Positions 9,687-18,575 of a DNA stretch of 64,000 nt are shown piece after piece (position 1 is the first letter of the stretch; each line of letters begins with the position of its first letter). The stretch comes from Methanomassiliicoccales archaeon (GTDB lineage Archaea; Thermoplasmatota; Thermoplasmata; Methanomassiliicoccales; UBA472). The position numbers were made by a program, and so were the translations under genes. The stretch lies in NCBI GenBank assembly GCA_013415865.1, contig CP058896.1, positions 1,744,316 to 1,808,315 of the forward strand, in the 5' to 3' direction. The notes beneath the pieces were generated by a model, which searched no databases, had not been told where the DNA came from, and worked only from the letters and a program-made list of their open reading frames with translations.

Positions 9687-10733
9687 CTATCTCGTCCTAT
9701 CGCTCTCCCTTTTTCTGATCGCGTCCATGGCCCATCGCGCATGCTCTGCGAGATCCTCATCGACGCCCAGTACAAAAGGTTCTAGGGCGGCGATCGTGGA
9801 ACAATCGCCCGTATTTCCCAAGGCGATGATGGCATTTCTTTTTAACGTCCTTAGGGAAGGGCCATGCCAACGTAGAGAGGAGCATCGCCGCAAGTACTCC
9901 CTCTCGTCCATCTTGAGCAGTTCCAGCAACTTAGGAGCCATCCCCCATGGATGTGACCTTTGAGGACCCTCAACCTTCATCTTTACAAGCCCCTCATTCC
10001 GAGGACATACCTCCTGGCAGACATCGCAGCCGTCTATCCTGTCCTCTACCGCCTCCCTGAGCTCGATGGGTATTGGCCTTTCGGATGACAATACATAACT
10101 TAGGCATTTGGAAGGGTCGAGGACAAAGGGCTCCGGGATGGCCTTGGTGGGACACAATCTGATGCATCTTTGGCATGAACCACATCTTGGACCGATCTCT
10201 TCATCCGGCTCCAATTCCGCATCTGTCAGGACCACAGAATAGATGACCCAGGACCCCAGGTCCTCGTTCTGTATCAGGGTGTTCTTTCCAAACACACCCA
10301 CCCCAGAACGGCACACGGCGGGCTTTACGGGCACTCTAGGGTCCCAAAAAGCGTCGTGCCCCTCAGAACGGATCATCTCGATCATCTTGTCTCGCTTATA
10401 TTCTAGGTCAGCGTAGGTATCATCCCAATGATGCCTGGCGACCTTGCCCCGCGGGTCCCAAGGCTCTTTGGTCATCTCAGTACCCTCGTGATGGTACCTT
10501 AGGCCCAGGGCGATGATCGATCTTGCTTTAGGCATGATGCTCCTCGGGTCACATGATATCGACGTGTCGTTCAATGTGGGTTCTGCACGCCTCATGTCCG
10601 ATGGTACCTTACCTGCAAGGATCTCTTCGTCAGCGATCTTCTTGAACCTATCGAACCTTTCTACACCAGTTATGCCTACAAGGTCCAAACCCAGTTCGAT
10701 GCCGGCCTTCTTTACTTTAAAGGAATCTAACAT
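9687..10733 (-). CDS. epoxyqueuosine reductase (QueG)-like Fe-S protein
   Basis: GKNTLI, two ferredoxin-type motifs CGSCQRCIRLCP and CDVCQEVCPRN, and a C-terminal HEAT-like LKRNAIIALGN. Confidence 0.75.
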   Translation of the reverse strand: MLDSFKVKKAGIELGLDLVGITGVERFDRFKKIADEEILAGKVPSDMRRAEPTLNDTSISCDPRSIMPKARSIIALGLRYHHEGTEMTKEPWDPRGKVARHHWDDTYADLEYKRDKMIEMIRSEGHDAFWDPRVPVKPAVCRSGVGVFGKNTLIQNEDLGSWVIYSVVLTDAELEPDEEIGPRCGSCQRCIRLCPTKAIPEPFVLDPSKCLSYVLSSERPIPIELREAVEDRIDGCDVCQEVCPRNEGLVKMKVEGPQRSHPWGMAPKLLELLKMDEREYLRRCSSLRWHGPSLRTLKRNAIIALGNTGDCSTIAALEPFVLGVDEDLAEHARWAMDAIRKRESDRTR

Positions 10734-10886
10734 CTGATCGCAGAGAACATTCCTACGGTCCCGTTAATATCATTTTCAATTTATCTTCGTCAAATGAGTT
10801 AATTCGCCTTTTGTCAAATCCTTTATCATTGTTAACTGTCTTTATGCTACCAAAGCCCCTGACCAGATGATGTGGGAGGCACCAAG

Positions 10887-11798
10887 ATGAGATTCAATAG
10901 CATACTTGATACCATAGGCAGGACCCCTATCGTGAGGCTCAACAGAACAGTTACTGAAGGCTATGCTGAGGTCTATGTCAAGATGGAGTCATTCAATCCC
11001 ATGCACTCTGTCAAGGACAGGGTCGCTCTGGCTTTGATCGAGGATGCTGAAAAAAGAGGCGTCCTCCGGCCAGGGATGTGCGTGGTCGAGCCGACATCTG
11101 GCAATACAGGCATCGGTCTGGCAATGGTGTGCGCGGCAAAGGGCTACAGGCTCATATTGACGATGCCTGAGAACATGAGCTCGGAGAGGCGCAAGCTCTT
11201 GAGCGCGATGGGGGCGGGGGTCATCCTGACGCCGGCATCGGAAGGGATGTCCGGCGCCGTCATGAAAGCGAAAGAGATATGCTCATCCTCACCTGACCAT
11301 TTCATCCCCCAGCAGTTCGAGAACCAAGCAAATGTCGAGATACATTATAGGACCACGGCGGAAGAGATCCTGGCGGATATGCCAGATATCGACCTATTCG
11401 TTGCTGGTATAGGTACTGGAGGAACGATAACGGGAGTGGGGAAGGCTCTGAAGGAGAAAAAGCCTGGGACATGGGTCGTCGGCATCGAACCTGCAGGCTC
11501 CCCCGTGCTGGGAGGAGGTAGACCAGGCCCTCATAAGATACAAGGTATCGGTGCTGGTTTTAAGCCAAAGATCTTCGACCGAAAGTATGTAGATTGGATA
11601 TTGACGGTCAAAGACGAGGACGCATATAGGTGGGCCAGGAAGATCGCGAGAGAGGAGGGCATCTTGGTGGGGATCTCAGGAGGGGCGGCGCTCTCTGCAG
11701 CGATGGAGATGGCCAAGGACCTGCCTGGAAAAAAGATCTTGGCCCTGATTCCCGACTCTGGAGAAAGATATTTAAGCACCGATCTGTTCAACGAGTAG
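10887..11798 (+). CDS. cysK: cysteine synthase A (O-acetylserine sulfhydrylase)
   Basis: PLP lysine motif NPMHSVKDR, plus TSGNTG and GTGGT loops. GGGAGG lies 7 nt upstream of ATG 10887. Confidence 0.9.
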   Translation: MRFNSILDTIGRTPIVRLNRTVTEGYAEVYVKMESFNPMHSVKDRVALALIEDAEKRGVLRPGMCVVEPTSGNTGIGLAMVCAAKGYRLILTMPENMSSERRKLLSAMGAGVILTPASEGMSGAVMKAKEICSSSPDHFIPQQFENQANVEIHYRTTAEEILADMPDIDLFVAGIGTGGTITGVGKALKEKKPGTWVVGIEPAGSPVLGGGRPGPHKIQGIGAGFKPKIFDRKYVDWILTVKDEDAYRWARKIAREEGILVGISGGAALSAAMEMAKDLPGKKILALIPDSGERYLSTDLFNE

Positions 11799-11803
11799 GT
11801 CCT

Positions 11804-12451
11804 ATGAGCTGGAGGGAGGCAGTACAGACCGTCCTCGAAAGGGACCCGGCCGCGAAGTCCTATATGGAGGCCCTGCTTTTCAGTCCAGGCCTGCATGCCA
11901 TCCTCATCCACAAGATATCGCACAAACAATATCTGAAAGGTCACATACGTCTTGCGAGGGCGATCAATTATCTCGGCCGTTTCCTGACGGGTGCGGACAT
12001 CCATCCAGGGGCCACGATAGGCAAAGGGTTCTTCATCGACCACGCGGTCGGTGTCGTGATCGGAGAGACGGCGGTCATCGGTGAGAACGTATCGTTGTTC
12101 CAGGGCGTGACCCTGGGCGGTGTGAGCACCAGCAAGGGCAAACGCCATCCGACCATTGGCAATAATGTGACGATCGGGGCAGGAGCGATCGTTCTGGGCA
12201 ATATCACTGTCGGCGACAATGTCAAGATCGGTGCGGGGTCGGTCGTCGTCAAGGACGTACCACCGAACTCCACCGTGGTGGGAGTGCCAGGCAAGGTGAT
12301 CAAAAGGGAGGGTGCGGTGGTAAAGACAGACCTCCGCCATGATGAGCTACCGGACCCCCTCCGTGATGCCATCATGGACCTGACCAATCAAATATCAGAA
12401 CTGGACCATCGGATAGCCATGTTGGAAGAGCGCCTCAAAAAGGAAAAATAA
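11804..12451 (+). CDS. cysE: serine O-acetyltransferase
   Basis: SATase N-terminal helices and hexapeptide repeats ([30 protein letters not shown]). ATG 11804 lies 5 nt after the cysK stop. Confidence 0.9.
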   Translation: MSWREAVQTVLERDPAAKSYMEALLFSPGLHAILIHKISHKQYLKGHIRLARAINYLGRFLTGADIHPGATIGKGFFIDHAVGVVIGETAVIGENVSLFQGVTLGGVSTSKGKRHPTIGNNVTIGAGAIVLGNITVGDNVKIGAGSVVVKDVPPNSTVVGVPGKVIKREGAVVKTDLRHDELPDPLRDAIMDLTNQISELDHRIAMLEERLKKEK

Positions 12452-12481
12452 GTTGAACATCATCACATGCCGGGCGCGACC

Positions 12482-13879
12482 ATGACATTGGAGATATACA
12501 ATACCCTGACCAAAAGGACAGAGGAGTTCATCCCGATCGATGACAAGAAGGTCAGGATGTACGTGTGCGGCGTCACCGTCTATAATGACATCCATATGGG
12601 CCATGCGCGCTCGATCATCGTGTTCGACATGGTCGCCAGGTACCTGAGGTACAAAGGTTATGAGGTGAAGCATGTCACGAACTTCACCGACGTTGACGAT
12701 AAGATCATCAACAAGGCCAACGAGATGGGCATGGACCCCCTGGCGCTCTCGAAGATGTATATAGAACATTACTTTGAGGACCTTCAGAAGCTCGGTGTCA
12801 AAAGCGCTGACATCTACCCTAAGGCCTCTGAGAGCATAGATGACATAATAAGGATGGTCCAGAAGATAATCGATGCCGGATATGGGTATGTGGCAGAGGA
12901 CGGCAGCATCTACTTCAGCGTTGAAAGGTTCAAGGACTATGGTAAGCTCTCCGGGAACAAGCTTGAAGATATGTTGGCCGGGGCCAGGATCGAGGTGGAC
13001 GAGACGAAGAGGAGCCCGGTCGACTTCTGCCTTTGGAAGGCCGCAAAGCCAGGGGAGGTATCCTGGGACAGCCCCTGGGGGAAGGGAAGGCCGGGCTGGC
13101 ATATCGAGTGCTCTGCCATGGTCTATCGTCACCTCGGGGAGACGTTGGACATACATGGAGGAGGCAACGACCTGATATTCCCTCATCATGAGAACGAGAT
13201 CCTCCAGTCGGAGGCGGTCACAGGAAAGCCGTTGGCAAAATATTGGATGCATAACGGCATGCTCCAGGTGGAGGGGGAGAAGATGTCAAAGTCCCTGAAG
13301 AACTTCTTCACGGTCAGGGACGTCATGCAGCATTATTCTACACAGGAGGTCAGGTTCTACTTCCTGAACACGCATTATAGAGGTCCTTTGACCTATAGCG
13401 AGGACGCTTTGAACGAGGCTGCCGCCGCCCTGCGGAGACTGCAGCACACCTATATGGAGCTCAGGGACCACCTAGAGTCGGCATCAGGTAACTATGACGC
13501 CGACGACCTGGTAAAAAGGACGAGAGCGGAGTTCATCGAGCACATGGACGATGACCTCAATACAAGAGGGGCGATATCGGTGCTGTTCGAGCTTGCTAGG
13601 GAGAGCAACAAGCTCATGCATCATGACCTGTTGAGCAAGAAGGGCACCAGATGCATCATGGCATTGTTCGAGGAGTTCGACACGATACTAGGGATATTAC
13701 CTACTCTGGAGAAGGACGCCGACCAGCTCGATGATGTGATGGAGGTCATAATAGCCGTAAGGCAGGAGCTCCGAAAGAGGAAGCTCTATGACCTGGCCGA
13801 CAAGATCAGGGATGACCTCAAGCAGAAGGGGATAATGCTCGAGGACACGGTGGACGGGGTCAAATGGAGAGCGGAATGA
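12482..13879 (+). CDS. cysS: cysteinyl-tRNA synthetase
   Basis: HIGH-type HMGHARS and KMSKS motifs, N-terminus IYNTLT, WHIECS. The start could also be 12467. Confidence 0.95.
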   Translation: MTLEIYNTLTKRTEEFIPIDDKKVRMYVCGVTVYNDIHMGHARSIIVFDMVARYLRYKGYEVKHVTNFTDVDDKIINKANEMGMDPLALSKMYIEHYFEDLQKLGVKSADIYPKASESIDDIIRMVQKIIDAGYGYVAEDGSIYFSVERFKDYGKLSGNKLEDMLAGARIEVDETKRSPVDFCLWKAAKPGEVSWDSPWGKGRPGWHIECSAMVYRHLGETLDIHGGGNDLIFPHHENEILQSEAVTGKPLAKYWMHNGMLQVEGEKMSKSLKNFFTVRDVMQHYSTQEVRFYFLNTHYRGPLTYSEDALNEAAAALRRLQHTYMELRDHLESASGNYDADDLVKRTRAEFIEHMDDDLNTRGAISVLFELARESNKLMHHDLLSKKGTRCIMALFEEFDTILGILPTLEKDADQLDDVMEVIIAVRQELRKRKLYDLADKIRDDLKQKGIMLEDTVDGVKWRAE

Positions 13880-14901
13880 GCCCGGCGGAGAAAAAGGCGA
13901 TATTGATAGCAGGGGGGACGGTCCGCTTACCGAGGGACCTTCACCTACCATTCAAGCCAAGCCGGTCGACCGCTGGGCCCGGTGCAGGCTCCGTCTCGGT
14001 CGTCATCAGCTTTGAGGGAGTGAGGGTCAAGAAGGCAATATCAAGAGAGAAGGGCGAGTTCCAGCTCGTCGAAGGGCCGGATGGTCTGAGGATGTTGTGG
14101 CAAGGGAGGCCTTTCATCGAGCATGTCGACCTGCAACCGACGATCTACCATAGCCCCGAGCAGGCGTTCATCAATCTCCACCAGGAATGCATCTATGATT
14201 GCAAGTTCTGCACATCTCCTAGGTTGCCAAGGGATGTGACCAAAGGTCTTGACAAAAAGAAGGTCATGCGCATGGTCGAGCAGGTCGTCGGAAGAGATGA
14301 CCTGAAGTGCGTTTCCATCACCTCCGCGGTCGTCGGGAGCCCAGAGAGGACCGTCGACGAGTTGGTGGAGGTCGTGAGGATGATAAGGGGCCTTATAGGA
14401 CCCGATATGCCGATAGGTGTAGAGCCTTATGTGTCGAGGTTGGATGACATCGACAGACTTAAAGAGGCCGGGGCGACGGAGATCAAGATAAACATCGAGA
14501 CCTGGGACCGAGAGATATTCAGGAAGGTCTGCGGTGATATGGATATCGATTGGATACTCCAGGCACTGAGGCACGCGGTGAAGGTGTTTGGAAGATGGAA
14601 GGTGACCACAAATATCATCTTTGGCCTAGGGGAGACGGATGAGAACGTGCTCGAGGCGGTAGAGGAGCTCGTCGAGATGGGGGTGGTACCATCGTTGAGG
14701 CCGCTGAGGGTCAACGATATCAACAGGGGACCGCTCATCGAGGCTTTAGGGGCCATTGCCCCAGTGACACCAGAGAGGATCTTACGGCTCAGCATCGCTG
14801 CGAAGGAGATCTATCGGAAACATGGGACCGGTCCAATGCAATACTCCACCATGTGCCATGCCTGTAAATGTTGCGACATCGTCCCCTTTGCCGATATCTG
14901 A
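13876..14901 (+). CDS. radical SAM protein of unknown specificity
   Basis: CIYDCKFC (Cx3Cx2C), TIM-barrel-like core, and a C-terminal CHACKCCD cluster. ATG 13876 overlaps the cysS stop (ATGA). Confidence 0.8.
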   Translation: MSPAEKKAILIAGGTVRLPRDLHLPFKPSRSTAGPGAGSVSVVISFEGVRVKKAISREKGEFQLVEGPDGLRMLWQGRPFIEHVDLQPTIYHSPEQAFINLHQECIYDCKFCTSPRLPRDVTKGLDKKKVMRMVEQVVGRDDLKCVSITSAVVGSPERTVDELVEVVRMIRGLIGPDMPIGVEPYVSRLDDIDRLKEAGATEIKINIETWDREIFRKVCGDMDIDWILQALRHAVKVFGRWKVTTNIIFGLGETDENVLEAVEELVEMGVVPSLRPLRVNDINRGPLIEALGAIAPVTPERILRLSIAAKEIYRKHGTGPMQYSTMCHACKCCDIVPFADI

Positions 14902-15021
14902 CCTCATGAAAAAGATTTAGGTCATCTCCTTTTCCTTCGGACCAGGATGTAGTCCAGAGCCTTAGGGTCACCCTTTCAAGATTTTAGGTCCCCTACATAT
15001 TTAGTTTTAGGCAGACCAAAA

Positions 15022-15029
15022 TTTATATA
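15022..15029 (+). promoter_or_regulatory. putative TATA box of the dtxR-feoB operon (near-leaderless)
   Basis: TTTATATA is centred about 28 nt upstream of ATG 15054. It is flanked upstream by three TTTAGG-containing repeats. Confidence 0.45.
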
Positions 15030-15053
15030 GCTCCCGTCTCTCTCGAATAATTG

Positions 15054-15740
15054 ATGGTCAGCGAGAACGTCGAAGAATACCTCGAATGCCTTTGGGAGCT
15101 TTCGCAGGATGGGCGTCCTGTAAAGACCAAGAATATTGCAAAGAAAATGAACGTCTCCCCGGCCAGCGTCACAGAGATGATGCAGAGGCTTTCTGAAGCG
15201 GGCTATGTGAAATATGAGAAATACAAAGGGACGACACTTACTGACGAGGGCCATAGGATCGGGGCAAGGATAAAGAGGAAGCACCGGCTCCTCGAAAGGT
15301 TTCTGGTCGATGTCCTCGGTCTTGATAAAGGGGAAGGTCATGAGGAGGCGTGCCGTCTTGAGCACACATTATCGGACGAGAGCGAGAAGCGGATCTGCCA
15401 GATGATGAACAATCCCAAGACCTGCCCGGACGGTGACCCTATACCTGAATGCAATGAGGACTGTACGCTCTGCGCTTCTGAACCTTCAATACCTTTGACC
15501 GAGGTCGAGAGGGGCGAAAAGGTGAAGATCACACACCTGGTCTGTGACGATGCGATCAAAATGCGAAGGATAATCTCCATGGGGATAGTCCCTGGGAGGA
15601 CCCTTTGCGTCGAGGACAGGCTCCCGATGGGCGGCCCGATACTTCTTTCCATACAGGACTCGAAGATCGCTCTGGCGAGGGACTATGCCTCGATGGTCCA
15701 CGTGACCTTGGCCGGAGAGTGCGAAAAGCGTTGGGCCTAG
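15054..15740 (+). CDS. iron-dependent repressor, DtxR/IdeR family, with a C-terminal FeoA/SH3-like domain
   Basis: N-terminal wHTH (EEYLECLWEL..NIAKKMNVSPASVTEMMQRL), dimerisation/metal domain (RKHRLLERFL), and a C-terminal FeoA-like domain. Confidence 0.9.
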   Translation: MVSENVEEYLECLWELSQDGRPVKTKNIAKKMNVSPASVTEMMQRLSEAGYVKYEKYKGTTLTDEGHRIGARIKRKHRLLERFLVDVLGLDKGEGHEEACRLEHTLSDESEKRICQMMNNPKTCPDGDPIPECNEDCTLCASEPSIPLTEVERGEKVKITHLVCDDAIKMRRIISMGIVPGRTLCVEDRLPMGGPILLSIQDSKIALARDYASMVHVTLAGECEKRWA

Positions 15741-15750
15741 AAGGGGCACG

Positions 15751-17673
15751 ATGATGACCAAAGAAAGGACCGTTGCGCTGCTAGGCCATCCCAATGTCGG
15801 TAAGTCTGTCGTCTTCAGCAGGCTCACCGGCATCAGTGCGGTCTCTTCGAACTATCCAGGCACCACGGTGGAGTATCAGGAGGGCAGGGTGGTCCACAAC
15901 GGAATAAACCTGACCATATATGATCTGCCCGGGACCTATGGGCTAACGGGCGTGACCGAGGACGAGAAGGTCGCGACCAGACTGCTTGCAGAGAAGAACC
16001 CCGACTGCGTGGTCGTCATCGCGGACGCATCAAGATTGGAACCGAGCTTGGTGCTCGCCTTTCAGGTCATAGAGCTCGGTCTTCCGACGGTCCTGCTATT
16101 GAACCAGATGGACATCGCTAGGAAACGTTACACCATCGACGTGAAGAAGCTCGAGAGCATCCTCAAGATACCTGTAGTGCCGAGCGTGGCCCTCACCGGA
16201 GAAGGATTGGACGAGCTGGTAAAGCTCATCGCTCATGATGGTGGGAAGACCTCTGATTTTCGCGTCGCCTATGACTCCCACATTGAGGACATCATTAAGG
16301 GCCTAGAGGACAAGGTGACCACCTGGCCCTCAGCGAATTCCAGGCGCGGGCCGGTCCTCAAGCTGTTGGAGGGCAACGAGCAATTCTATCACCTCTTTGA
16401 TGAAAGTGTTAAGATCAAGGCAGAGGCCGAGAAAAGGCGATTTGAGGAGCATCACAAGGAACCGATAGAGGTCCACATGAACAGGGACCGGTATGGGGAG
16501 GCGGGGAGGATCATCTCCGATGTCGTCAGCCCCATCCCAAGGAAGATGACAAGGAGGGAAAGGGCTTCGGAGCTCACCATGAGGCCATGGCCTGGGATAC
16601 CTGTCCTTCTCATCGTACTGCTGTCAGTCTTTTTGATAATGGTCGTCGCTGGTGCAACTATCGAGACGGTCCTGGTCGCTGTTTATAAAGATGCGACCTC
16701 TGGTCTATTCGAAGACCTTGCCGCCCTGATCGGTGGGGAACTTGGGAGGTCTTTGGCAAACGGTCTGAACCTGACCTTGATGTCAATAGTGGCCATAGTG
16801 ATCCCTTACATCCTGCTCTTCTACTTTCTACTAGCGATACTCGAGGACACGGGATATCTCCCCAGGGTCGTCATACTTTTGGACGGGATCATGCAGAAGA
16901 TCGGCCTCAGCGGAAGGTCGGTCATTCCAATGATCATCGGGACAGGATGCAACGTCCCTGCGGTCCTCGCCACGAGGGTCATGGCCTCCCGGCGCGAGCG
17001 CCTCATCCTCTCAACAGTTATTATCCTCGCGGTGCCCTGCGGTGCCCAGACCGTCGTGATATTGGGAACGGTGGGCACATATGGGACCATCTACCATGTT
17101 GCCGCGATATATCTCATCCTTCTCGCCCTGATCATATTTGCGAGCCTTATGATCCACCGGATGATGAGGTTCGAGCCGATAGGCCTGCTGATAGAGGTGC
17201 CAGAACTCACGATGCCTGTTCTACAAAATGTCATATCGAAGACCTATCTGCGCACGAAGGACTTCTTCTTCATCGCCTTCCCGATCCTGCTGGTCACAAG
17301 CCTTGTTCTCGAACTCCTGCTCAACTTCGAACTGCTCGACGCCCTGGTAGAGCCGTTCTCTCCCCTTACCACCGGGCTCCTGGGACTGCCGGCCGTCATG
17401 GTGATAGCCCTTCTCTTCGGGATCCTGAGGAAGGAGATGTCGTTGCAGCTCCTTGTGATCCTGTTCGGCACTGCTGACCTGGCGTCTGTGCTCACAATAG
17501 ACCAGATGTTCGTATTCGCATTGGTGATGGCCACATATATTCCCTGCGTGGCCGCGTTCAGCGTGATGCTGAAGGAATTCGGGCCGAAAGATTCCATAAA
17601 GGTGCTTTTAGGTTCAATAGTGACATCTTTCGCCCTGGGGGGAGCGGCAAATCTGGTCCTTGGCGTGATATGA
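15751..17673 (+). CDS. feoB: ferrous iron transporter B
   Basis: G-domain GHPNVGKS, DLPG and NQMD motifs, followed by a polytopic membrane domain. Confidence 0.95.
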   Translation: MMTKERTVALLGHPNVGKSVVFSRLTGISAVSSNYPGTTVEYQEGRVVHNGINLTIYDLPGTYGLTGVTEDEKVATRLLAEKNPDCVVVIADASRLEPSLVLAFQVIELGLPTVLLLNQMDIARKRYTIDVKKLESILKIPVVPSVALTGEGLDELVKLIAHDGGKTSDFRVAYDSHIEDIIKGLEDKVTTWPSANSRRGPVLKLLEGNEQFYHLFDESVKIKAEAEKRRFEEHHKEPIEVHMNRDRYGEAGRIISDVVSPIPRKMTRRERASELTMRPWPGIPVLLIVLLSVFLIMVVAGATIETVLVAVYKDATSGLFEDLAALIGGELGRSLANGLNLTLMSIVAIVIPYILLFYFLLAILEDTGYLPRVVILLDGIMQKIGLSGRSVIPMIIGTGCNVPAVLATRVMASRRERLILSTVIILAVPCGAQTVVILGTVGTYGTIYHVAAIYLILLALIIFASLMIHRMMRFEPIGLLIEVPELTMPVLQNVISKTYLRTKDFFFIAFPILLVTSLVLELLLNFELLDALVEPFSPLTTGLLGLPAVMVIALLFGILRKEMSLQLLVILFGTADLASVLTIDQMFVFALVMATYIPCVAAFSVMLKEFGPKDSIKVLLGSIVTSFALGGAANLVLGVI

Positions 17674-17736
17674 CCCTCAGAGAGTGCCAGTGATTGTGCC
17701 ATTGATTAAATATCTAAAAACGTTCACGGCCTCTCT

Positions 17737-18357
17737 ATGTTCGAGATCCTCTTCATCTCGGCCTTGGGATTAAGTCTATTGATGTGCGCCACCCCGGGGG
17801 CCGTGAACACCGAGGCCCTGAGGAGGGGTGTAGCTGGTGGGTTCCGCAGGGCGTTCATGTTGGAGATCGGGTCCTGCATCGGAGACCTGTTCTGGGCCTC
17901 CTTGGCACTTGTAGGGCTTGCCTTCCTGACCGAGAACAGCACATTGAGGATCGCATTGGGCATTGGAGGGAGCGCCCTTCTTCTGTATCTTGCGTATAAA
18001 GGGATCATGGACGCGAGGAGGTGTGAAATGCCCGAGGTCCCAGAAAACCTTGGCAAGGACGATCTCACCACAGGAGCCCTGATATCTCTCGGTAACCCTT
18101 TCCAGCTGGCCTTCTGGGTCGGAATAGGCGGGACGGCGATCGCGGTCATCGTCCCTGACCCCGAAACAATACATTACATGGTATTTTTCTTAGGTTACAC
18201 ATCAGGTCTCTTGGTCTTTTCAATTCTCTACTCATCCCTGGTGGCCTATGGCCGACGATACATCACGCCAAAGCTCTTTCAGATCATCAATATCCTGTGC
18301 GCCCTTGTACTTGTCTACTTTGCCCTCAGCCTTATCTATGCAACGTTCATTGAATGA
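17737..18357 (+). CDS. LysE/RhtB family amino-acid exporter
   Basis: About 200 aa with 6 TM helices and N-terminal TPGAVN. Confidence 0.75.
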   Translation: MFEILFISALGLSLLMCATPGAVNTEALRRGVAGGFRRAFMLEIGSCIGDLFWASLALVGLAFLTENSTLRIALGIGGSALLLYLAYKGIMDARRCEMPEVPENLGKDDLTTGALISLGNPFQLAFWVGIGGTAIAVIVPDPETIHYMVFFLGYTSGLLVFSILYSSLVAYGRRYITPKLFQIINILCALVLVYFALSLIYATFIE

Positions 18358-18575
18358 TATGTTGGGGTCAATTATCGCTAGAGGGCCTCTCAATAAAAAT
18401 CCCGACAGTTCGATCCCGATAAGATCCAACGTATACTGTCCATCTCTTATCTGGAACTGCTGCAAGCCATGCCTCGCCCCCCAGGCAATTGTATGTCGCT
18501 CTCAATGTATCGAGATGATGGGGGCTGGTCTCCATTCAGGACAGTATAAAATTGCTCTACACTGCGCATTTCAGC

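Noticed and set aside
11531-12340. 269-codon ORF on the minus strand
   Set aside because: It is antisense to the cysK 3' end and to cysE. It has Arg/Asp/His-rich shadow-frame composition and no recognisable domain.
12395-13252. 285-codon ORF on the minus strand
   Set aside because: It lies entirely antisense to the confidently identified cysS (HIGH/KMSKS). Its composition is Pro/Leu/His/Arg-rich, typical of shadow frames in GC-rich coding DNA, and it has no motif.
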